IMG/VR virus record: IMGVR_UViG_3300012667_000160
Location: 1 to 26,540 of that record
Length of the DNA stretch: 26,540 nt
From: a virus
Taxonomy: Duplodnaviria; Caudoviricetes
Strand: one strand, 5' to 3'
Made by a program: the position numbers and the translations under genes. The notes beneath the pieces were generated by a model. The model was given only the letters and a program-made list of their open reading frames with translations. It was not told the DNA's origin and ran no database searches. Positions 1-8,000 of this stretch are shown here, piece by piece (position 1 is the first letter of the stretch; each line of letters opens with the position of its first letter).

Positions 1-2
1 GT

Positions 3-326
3 GTAGCACTGTCTAAACGCTCTGCGCTGGTAGATGAGTTTCAAAGTACACCAGAGCCACGTGTGCTTATACTGCAACCAAAAAGTGCGAGTCATGGTAT
101 TACCCTTACAGCAGCTAATGTTGTTGTATGGTGGACACCAACGCCTTCTGTTGAGACATACTTGCAGGCAAATGATAGGGTTCATCGTGCGGGTCAAGAT
201 GCGCCATGCACTGTTATACACTTGTGTGGATCACCAGTGGAAGAAAGATTTTACAAAACACTTGAACATAAGGGGAATTTATTAGATGATTTGTTAGGAC
301 TATATAAAGATGTACTCACACTCTAG
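3..326 (+). CDS. SNF2-family (SF2) helicase, C-terminal fragment; 5' end lies outside the window
   Basis: The frame is open from base 3 (VALSKRSALVDEFQSTPEPRVLILQP). It carries helicase-C motifs SASHGITLTAA and YLQANDRVHRAGQ. Confidence 0.85.
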   Translation, partial: VALSKRSALVDEFQSTPEPRVLILQPKSASHGITLTAANVVVWWTPTPSVETYLQANDRVHRAGQDAPCTVIHLCGSPVEERFYKTLEHKGNLLDDLLGLYKDVLTL

Positions 327-335
327 GGAGGCTTA

Positions 336-464
336 ATGCCAATTCTTACTATAATACCCATGCTGACTATACTTGCTATGGGGGTGCTAATCGCATCACT
401 TGTTGTCTTGTATATGTTTGTTAGGGAGCTTCAAGATTGGAACGATGATGAAGAAGATATGTAG
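336..464 (+). CDS. 42-aa single-pass membrane protein with acidic tail (not in the ORF track)
   Basis: GGGAGG ribosome-binding site at 326-331, ATG at 336. Translation MPILTIIPMLTILAMGVLIASLVVLYMFVRELQDWNDDEEDM, then TAG. It fills the gap between the helicase and the promoter. Confidence 0.7.
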   Translation: MPILTIIPMLTILAMGVLIASLVVLYMFVRELQDWNDDEEDM

Positions 465-474
465 TAAATAATAG

Positions 475-503
475 TTGACAGTAGCCTAAAGTATCGATAT
501 AAT
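475..503 (+). promoter_or_regulatory. Consensus sigma70 promoter
   Basis: TTGACA (475-480), 17-bp spacer, TATAAT (498-503). It is intergenic, with AT-rich sequence upstream, and faces the downstream operon. Confidence 0.9.
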
Positions 504-564
504 AACACCATCGTTGAAAGATACGGTTCCCCCACGAAACGGGGTGGTTTAATTGGAGGCATTT

Positions 565-966
565 ATGACTGGTGTAACAGCGGAAAAGCTCGTTGAAATC
601 TATGTAAAGATAAGAGATAAACGGGCACAGATTCAAAAAGAGTACGAAAAAGAAGACGGCAGGCTTAAAGAACAGTTAGAATTGGTGACTGGAAAACTGC
701 TTGATATATGTAGGGACACAGGTGTTGAAAGTATGCGTACCAATGCTGGTACTGTATCTAGGTCTGTTAATACTCGTTATTGGACGAGTGACTGGGCTTC
801 AATGTATGAGTTTATTAGGGAGCATGACGCAGTAAACCTGCTGGAGCAACGCATCCATCAGGGAAATATAAAATCATTTTTAAACGAAAACCCAGAGAGC
901 GTCCCTAAAGGGCTGAATTCTGATAGTCGATACACAATTAGAGTAGTGAGAGCACGAAATGGATAA
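565..966 (+). CDS. Conserved phage hypothetical protein of the replication/recombination module (coiled-coil N-terminus)
   Basis: GGAGG precedes ATG at 565, a better start than 553. LVEIYVKIRDKR and SMRTNAGTV resemble a family commonly found next to phage SSB and helicase genes. Function unknown. Confidence 0.7.
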   Translation: MTGVTAEKLVEIYVKIRDKRAQIQKEYEKEDGRLKEQLELVTGKLLDICRDTGVESMRTNAGTVSRSVNTRYWTSDWASMYEFIREHDAVNLLEQRIHQGNIKSFLNENPESVPKGLNSDSRYTIRVVRARNG

Positions 967-1228
967 AGAACAATTATTAACCGTAGACCAACTAGCAAGC
1001 TTCTTGCAAGTATGCCCAGAAACGGTACGTAGGTATGTAAGAAACGGTGACATTAAAGCTGTAAAACTTGGTAGATCACATAGATTTAGCAAGGAGCAGA
1101 TCGAGGACTTCATTAATCGGTTTGCTGAAAAAGATTTAGGGGAAGAACCTAAAGAAGAAGATGACGATGTGGACGAGCAAGATTCGCACGACACTGACGA
1201 AGAAAATTTAGATTACGACAACATTTAA
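959..1228 (+). CDS. Excisionase-like (HTH_17/MerR-type) DNA-binding protein with acidic C-terminal tail
   Basis: LLTVDQLASFLQVCPETVRRYVRNGDIKAVKLGRSHRF fits the Xis-like winged HTH pattern. The start overlaps the upstream stop. Confidence 0.85.
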   Translation: MDKEQLLTVDQLASFLQVCPETVRRYVRNGDIKAVKLGRSHRFSKEQIEDFINRFAEKDLGEEPKEEDDDVDEQDSHDTDEENLDYDNI

Positions 1229-1243
1229 TACTGGAGAATTAAC

Positions 1244-2140
1244 ATGAGCAACATGACATTATTTTCAAACGGCGCTAGCGTACCTGCATACTTAAGAGAA
1301 GCAACAGACGACTTAACCGATACTCTTGCGGGTAATAGCAACCAGTACAAACGTATCTCTATTAAAGGGGGCGTTTGGCGCATGATGATTAACGGAAAAG
1401 AAATTTCGAAGAATGAAGATCGTTCAATGAACTTCATCGTAGTTGCCGCATCACCTAATAACACCAGAACATTTTATTCGAAGTCTTATGTGGAAGGTGA
1501 AGCACTCCGCCCAACCTGCTCGAGTATTGACGGTACAAAACCTGATGCAAACATTGAAGAACCTCAAGCGGCTACCTGCGCTACCTGCCCACAAAACATC
1601 GCGGGGTCTGGTGCTAACAATAGTAGAGCTTGCCGCTTTAGTCGCAGACTCGCTGTTATGCTCGAGAACGATATGCGTGAAGAAGCGGACGTGTATCAGC
1701 TTGTCGTACCAGCGCAGTCTCTATTTGGTTCAGGTGAGAATGGTAAACTGCCTTTGATTGCTTATGCACAGTTCTTAAAAGCAAACAATGTGCGTATTTC
1801 AGGGGTTGTAACAGAGGCGAGATTCGACACAAATTCACCTACACCCAAGCTGGCTTTCCGTGCGGTGCGTCCTTTAACTGAAGAAGAGTATTACTTCACA
1901 AAAGAAAAAGGCAAATCAACCGATGCACTTAATGCCATTAACTTAGACCCAACCGCGCTCGATAAAGGTGCTGCACCTACTGCTACCCCCGTGGCAAGAC
2001 CTCAGCCAAAAGCAGTAGAAGCGCCAGTTGCTCAGGTAGATGAAGCGCCAGTGGATGAACCTAAAAAGCGTGAATCAGCAGCTAAGAAAGTAGAAACACC
2101 TGCTAACCTCGAGAGCTTATTAGAAGAGTGGGAAGACTAA
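1244..2140 (+). CDS. Putative ssDNA-binding/annealing protein
   Basis: GGAG ribosome-binding site. It has RISIKGGVWR, a Cys cluster (C...CATC...C), a Pro/Ala/Glu linker and an acidic-aromatic end (LLEEWED). It lies directly before the primase. Confidence 0.6.
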   Translation: MSNMTLFSNGASVPAYLREATDDLTDTLAGNSNQYKRISIKGGVWRMMINGKEISKNEDRSMNFIVVAASPNNTRTFYSKSYVEGEALRPTCSSIDGTKPDANIEEPQAATCATCPQNIAGSGANNSRACRFSRRLAVMLENDMREEADVYQLVVPAQSLFGSGENGKLPLIAYAQFLKANNVRISGVVTEARFDTNSPTPKLAFRAVRPLTEEEYYFTKEKGKSTDALNAINLDPTALDKGAAPTATPVARPQPKAVEAPVAQVDEAPVDEPKKRESAAKKVETPANLESLLEEWED

Positions 2141-2155
2141 GCTACCCGTGAAGCG

Positions 2156-2182
2156 AGGGCGGTCAAAGCGCCGCCCTTTTTT
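2156..2182 (+). terminator. Rho-independent terminator
   Basis: AGGGCGG-tcaaagcg-CCGCCCT stem-loop followed by a T run, 16 nt after the stop at 2140. Confidence 0.8.
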
Positions 2183-2205
2183 ATACTCAAATTTTTAGGT
2201 TCGTT

Positions 2206-5022
2206 ATGGATAAGCGCGACTTTTTAGAACACGTTACTGCCAAGCAGGGTTACTACTGCATTGTAGGCATTAAAAAAGGAGTTTTGTCCCCTAGCTTTTT
2301 TCAAGATGTAGATGCGGCAGTATCACACGCTGATAAATTATTAGCTCGAGAAGAGGATGTTTACTTCGGGGTTGCAAGGTATCAGACTAACGAAAATAGA
2401 CTAGCAATTAATGCCAAGTATTTTAAATCATTCTGGGTAGACGTTGACTGCGGTCCTACTAAAGATTACCCAGACCAAAAGCAGGGCTACAATGCAATCA
2501 TGTCGTTCTGCGAAGGGGTAAATTTACCTTACCCGACAATAATAAACTCAGGCAATGGCTGGCATTGCTACTGGACACTGACAGAAGAAATATCATATAA
2601 CGATTGGAAGCCCTTTGCTGACCACCTAAAATCTGTCTGCTTATCAGTAGGGTTTAAGATTGATGCAGGGATAACAGGAGATGCGGCGAGAATACTCAGA
2701 CTACCTCAGACTAAAAACTATAAGTCTCCATCAAACCCTAAAGATGTTGGACTAGCCCTATTATCCGAGTCGAATTCCTTTTCGTCTCTCAAGCGGTGTT
2801 TAGATTTTACAGGTGGTACAGCAGTTTATTCTTTTGGCGACCCAACAGGTGATGACCCAACAGACAAGTTAGCATTTGGAGAGAAAGCTAATTTCGCCAA
2901 AATTATGCGTATGAGTGTAAAAGGGCATGGCTGTAATCAATTAGCTCACGCTTATACACACCAAAACGATATGTCTGAGCCTATGTGGAGAGATGCACTT
3001 TCTGTTGCCCAGTTCTGTGAAGACAGAGATAAAGCGATTCATTTAATGTCTCGCCAGTATGAACACTACGACCCATATGAAGTAGAAGCAAAGGCAAACA
3101 AGATTAAAGGTGGGGCGCATCGCTGTACTACTTTCCAAAGTTCTTTCGGTGCTGAGCGTTGTGACACCTGCGTACACAAGGGGAAACTAAACAGCCCCAT
3201 TCGACTTGGGATGTACGTGCCTGAAGCAACACCGGAAGATAATATCGTAGTGGCTAGGCACAAAGGGCTTAACGAAGATACGACGTTTATTATCCCGACA
3301 TACCCTAAGCCTTATTTTCGTGGTAAGAATGGTGGCGTGTACATGAAGAAAAACACACCGCTTGCAAAGAATGGGGAAACCGATGCTGACCTTGAAACAG
3401 ATATTTTAATTTACGAGAATGACCTGTTTGTCGAAAAGCGTTTGAGAGATGAAGAAGTAGGTGAGATGGCGCTTATTAAACTGCATTTGCCACGTGATGG
3501 TGTTGAAGAGTTTGTAGCTCCCCTGCAAGATATTCTGTCTCGTGATAAAGCTCGCGTTATCCTAGCGTCTAAAGGTGTTGCGGCGATGGATAAGAAAATG
3601 ACTAACATCATGGAGTACCTAGCTAACTACGTACATCACTTGCAAAAAACAGAAGAAGCTGAGATAGCCCGTGCGCAGTTTGGGTGGCATGACGATGACG
3701 AGTGTTTTGTTATTGGTACAAGAGAGATTAGCATAGAGGGTGTACGTTACAGCCCACCTTCATCATCAACGCAAGAGATAGCAGATAAGTTCCGTCCTGC
3801 TGGTGAGTTGTCTGAGTGGGTAAGAATCGCTAACCTATACGGTAAGAAAGGTAATGAAGCACGCGCTTTTGCATTAGGCGTAGGGTTTGGCGCTCCGCTG
3901 GTTCGATTCTCAGGTATTAAAGGTTTTCTAGTTCACTTAACTAACGAGCGTTCTGGGGTTGGTAAGACGACTATTCAGCATATGATAGGCAGTATCTGGG
4001 GACACCCAGAGTGCAACATGATGAGTTTTGATGATAAGTTTCTTGCACGTCAGATGTTTATGGGTGTTCTTAAAAATATGCCTATGTGCGTTGACGAGAT
4101 TACTGACTTGCCACCCGCTGAGATTGGTACGATTGCTTATATGATTACGCAGGGTAAGGGTCGTGACAGAATGCAGGCTCAAGTAAACGCGCTACGTAAA
4201 AACAGAACGACTTGGGAATTACCTTGCATCACATCAGGTAATAACAGCTTATATGATGTACTGCTCTCACATAAAGCACTTCCAGAAGGCGAGATGATGC
4301 GGGTGCTGGAGCTTTATATCCAACCTGATGACTCCATGACAAAAGAAGAGACTGACCATATCTACACAGACGTACTTCGATTCAATTATGGATTTGCAGG
4401 AGAAGCTATTGTTAAGTACATACTCAGCAATCGTGAAGAATGTACAGAGCTTTATAAAGAAACACGAGTTAGATTTGATGCTAAAGCTAAGTTCTCACAA
4501 AAGCACCGCTTCTACTCAGCCGCTTGCGCTGTATCGATTACAGGGCTTGAGATCGCAAAACGCTGTGGTATGCACAACATAGATATTGAAAGCATTGAAA
4601 ACTGGGCAGCGACTACTATCGGTAACGCATCGTCCGTGCTTAACGAAGAAAAAGACACCAGCCTCTCGATACTCGGTGACTTCTTAAATATTTATAACGG
4701 TCAGATTTTTGTGGGATTTCAAGGGCAGGTTAACGGGCTAGATAAGCACCCCACCTTTATCCCTAGTAGAGAAGTCGTTGCGCGTTACGACCAAGATGTA
4801 AGGCTGGTGTCTATTAGCTCATCAGTGCTTCGCAGATGGTGCGCGGACAAGCAGATACCGTTCAAAGGCTTTATTGATAGTGCAAAGAAAAAAGGCATCT
4901 ACTCAGGTTCTAGTGTATATCGCCTAGCTTACGGACCCAACTGCCCAGGCACTAAAGTCCGCACAGAGCAATTCTATATAGACGATATGCCTTCTCAGGT
5001 AGGTGATGTCGAATTAGTTTAA
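2206..5022 (+). CDS. Primase-helicase (AEP/RepB-like primase, Cys-rich domain, DUF927-like region, P-loop helicase)
   Basis: Primase motifs FWVDVD, SGNGWHCYW and DAARILRLP. Cys motif C...CDTC. QFGWH region. Walker A SGVGKTT and Walker B MCVDE. Confidence 0.85.
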   Translation: MDKRDFLEHVTAKQGYYCIVGIKKGVLSPSFFQDVDAAVSHADKLLAREEDVYFGVARYQTNENRLAINAKYFKSFWVDVDCGPTKDYPDQKQGYNAIMSFCEGVNLPYPTIINSGNGWHCYWTLTEEISYNDWKPFADHLKSVCLSVGFKIDAGITGDAARILRLPQTKNYKSPSNPKDVGLALLSESNSFSSLKRCLDFTGGTAVYSFGDPTGDDPTDKLAFGEKANFAKIMRMSVKGHGCNQLAHAYTHQNDMSEPMWRDALSVAQFCEDRDKAIHLMSRQYEHYDPYEVEAKANKIKGGAHRCTTFQSSFGAERCDTCVHKGKLNSPIRLGMYVPEATPEDNIVVARHKGLNEDTTFIIPTYPKPYFRGKNGGVYMKKNTPLAKNGETDADLETDILIYENDLFVEKRLRDEEVGEMALIKLHLPRDGVEEFVAPLQDILSRDKARVILASKGVAAMDKKMTNIMEYLANYVHHLQKTEEAEIARAQFGWHDDDECFVIGTREISIEGVRYSPPSSSTQEIADKFRPAGELSEWVRIANLYGKKGNEARAFALGVGFGAPLVRFSGIKGFLVHLTNERSGVGKTTIQHMIGSIWGHPECNMMSFDDKFLARQMFMGVLKNMPMCVDEITDLPPAEIGTIAYMITQGKGRDRMQAQVNALRKNRTTWELPCITSGNNSLYDVLLSHKALPEGEMMRVLELYIQPDDSMTKEETDHIYTDVLRFNYGFAGEAIVKYILSNREECTELYKETRVRFDAKAKFSQKHRFYSAACAVSITGLEIAKRCGMHNIDIESIENWAATTIGNASSVLNEEKDTSLSILGDFLNIYNGQIFVGFQGQVNGLDKHPTFIPSREVVARYDQDVRLVSISSSVLRRWCADKQIPFKGFIDSAKKKGIYSGSSVYRLAYGPNCPGTKVRTEQFYIDDMPSQVGDVELV

Positions 5023-5027
5023 CAGCA

Positions 5028-5050
5028 GGGGGCTTAACGCCCCCATTTTT
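5028..5050. terminator. Terminator hairpin between the convergent early and late operons
   Basis: GGGGGC-ttaac-GCCCCC followed by ATTTTT on +. It sits in the 26-nt gap between the stops at 5022 and 5049. The U tract on the - strand is weak. Confidence 0.75.
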
Positions 5051-8000
5051 ATTTACCCGATTGTCTTGCTATGAACTGTTGAATGAATGGATACTCTTGA
5101 GTTTCCCACGATGGTTTAGCGATACGCTCTTCTCCAGTCATACGACGTCTGTCAGTTACGTTTCTAGCTTCAGTTTCACCAGCTAGGCGTTTATACATCT
5201 CGTGCATATTAGTGTGCTTCTGCAATGCTTTTGGGTCACCTGACTGCAAATCGGTTATGTCTTTATTGAGCTTTGCCATTTCATCAATAGCTGATTGAAC
5301 CTTTTGAGGGTGAGCCATAAGGTCTAACAACTCGCGTTGCTCTTTAGAAACTTTGTAATAAGTTGCCCCAAATAGTGAGTTAGCAACTTCCTCTCTGGTT
5401 TTTGACATTTGGCTCATGGTATCGTTATGGGCAGCTTTCAAAGCATCTATATCCCCTTGTGCCCTACCCATATTAACGTCCCAATAAGCCTTAAAAGCCG
5501 CATCGTTATTAGTCCCTAAACTTTGAAGGTTATTAAATTCTGGTGTATCTCGGTATTTATCTAACTCCGCAAGTAGGTTACTTTTACTAGCTAGTTTATC
5601 AGATAGCTTACCCATAGTTTCCTTAGCCATTTCAAGCTTAGTATCGTGAGGTATAGCTTCCATTACAGTGTTAGCGTTTCCGCCTTGTGCCCAGTTTTCT
5701 TTACCTTGAATTTCATGCTGTGCTTCATGCAGTAGCGTACCTAGTGGGTCTTGTACGTAAGGTGTTAAACCTATACCTTTATCTCCGCGCCACCCTTGCA
5801 ATCCTTTACCGTAATCCATAAAACCTTCACGTACAGTAAACGGCACCTCAGCAAGATCAGGGTATGCTTTATAAAGCTCAGGATGCTCAAGCACGTCACC
5901 TAGTTTGTAGTTACCTCTTGTTGGACCAAATGTCTTAGACTCAAGCATCTCGCTCATAGGCAACTTCATTCGGGCATTAGCATCACTAATTTCGTACCGC
6001 CAGCCTTCATCAGGGTTTTTAAACCACCCAGTTGCTTTAAGTATTTCTTCTGGCGACTTACCTGCTGTCTCCATAGCTTGAGCTGTTTCGTGTGCACCTA
6101 AATCTGCTGTACTGGACTTAAGCCCTGCAAACATACCTAAGGTGCCTTTGCCTGTCATCGGGCTAAATGGCATTGCACCTGTATTGGCGAGACCTGCTAT
6201 ATCAAGACCTGCTTGAGCTTGTTCGTCGGGGGTAAACTCTTCATAAGGGTTACTTGAGGCTATACGCATTTTCTCTTGCAACCAATCACCAGCACGGGCA
6301 GTAGCTTCTTGGGGATGCATTAAACTAGAAATGATTGTAGAATCCTTTGGTCCAAAATGCTGAGCCTTAATCTTATCTATAAGTCCACCCTTCGCCATGC
6401 CTTTACCCATCACACTCGCGTATAGCTTCTCAGCCTGTTGTGCTGTAGCGGTACGTTCTCTTTTAGCTTCCTCAATACGGCGAGTCATCTCAGCACTGCT
6501 GATATTGCTATTCTGAAGCATATGTATCTTTTTCATAATGTCAGATTCGTGTTTAGCGTATCTGTCCATCTCGGTTGCAAGTTGTGCTAGCTTGATATTG
6601 TCTGGGTCAGCCTTGAAATTTTTAAATTCTTCTTGCCCTGCCTCGCCACGCATACCTAGTTGGTTATAGAGCTTACGCGCTTGGTCTGCTTTCTCTTTAT
6701 GGGCATACATATCCTCAACAGATTGACTCGCTAAGCGAGTGCCAAACGTACCTTGCGCTCCAAGTCCTGGAGTCTGTGTCCAGTGTCTATCAGGTTTTTT
6801 CACATTGTCAGCAAGACCTACAGTATCAAGTATGCCATCAGATGCCCACAACGCGACGTTACCTAGCTCACCCAAATAACCTTTAAATAGATAGTCGAAT
6901 TTAGTAGGTGATACGTCGAGCGCTTTACCTACAGCTTTACCTGTTTTTGATGCGGTGTATTGCCCTTGTGCCCACGCAGGTAGCCCTTGGTCTGCCTTAG
7001 ATACGATGTCCTCACCCGTATAGAACGATGTACCTGAAGCAAGTTCAAGAGGCGTTTTAGCGATCTGTGGGACAGGTACACCACCGGTGTAACCAATCTG
7101 TCCAGGAATCATGGTGAGCATCTGGTCTTTAGCAATCTTCCATATCTCTTGTCCATCTTTTGTGCCTAGCGAATAGTCCACCATCAAGGCAGGTATCCAA
7201 TAGAGGAACGTCATATCGGGAGGTAGGTCAAGCCCAAACAGCGGGTTATCTTTATCACCTGTAGGCACAACTACTCGGCTGTACTTGAAGCTGTTTTTTG
7301 CTTCTTCATAGTCGGGGTCACCTGACATATAGAGCGCATGAAGCCCCGAGAGCATGCCGATGGTGTAGACCTTATTTAAAAACTGCCGACGGTACGCGGG
7401 TCTATCCTCAACCTTAACGTGACCCATCGTTATATTTCTTCGCATCAATTCAAGCGCGTTAATACCAGCACCTAAGAACGGAATAAGTTGACGACCTGTA
7501 CGCTGTGCATCTGAGTTACCACTAACACTAAAGTTAATGGCTTCACGGGCTTTCATAAGGGCATAACCTTCTGCCTTTTCAGGTGCCATTCCTTTCTTAA
7601 CACCCCTGTCGTAAGCCTTCTGATATACCGCGCAACGTGTCGCACCATCCACTAGAATGTGCATAAACTCGGAGCTGTTACGTAGTTTACTTTTGAACTG
7701 GTCAAGTCCACTTTTACTAACCGTGCGTGTGCCTATTTCCTTATAAAGCATACGTGAATCTCTAGGGTCAATCGTTGGGTCTACGTGGCTGATAGCCCCT
7801 GCATCCATTAGCTTATTTAGAATCTTTCTATCACCACGCAAAATCTTAGTAATCTCATACATCGTGTGCGCAGGTGTAATCCACCCAATATCACTGGTCA
7901 TCGTCGCGCCAATAGGGTCAATAAATAACTGGCGTTTCCAAAAGTTAGGAGTGTTAGTTACCGCAGTACGCAGAACCTGTGCCGCGCCGCGAGAGGCGAG

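Noticed and set aside
34-285. 83-aa ORF overlapping the helicase in another frame
   Set aside because: The helicase frame carries clear motifs; this frame has none.
506-550. Possible hammerhead ribozyme or c-di-GMP riboswitch (CGAAAC, GAAA loops)
   Set aside because: There is no CUGANGA core and no GEMM consensus. It is kept only as a generic structured leader.
959-1228. Xis-like gene as evidence of an integrated prophage
   Set aside because: No integrase, att site or host gene is in the window, so lifestyle cannot be determined.
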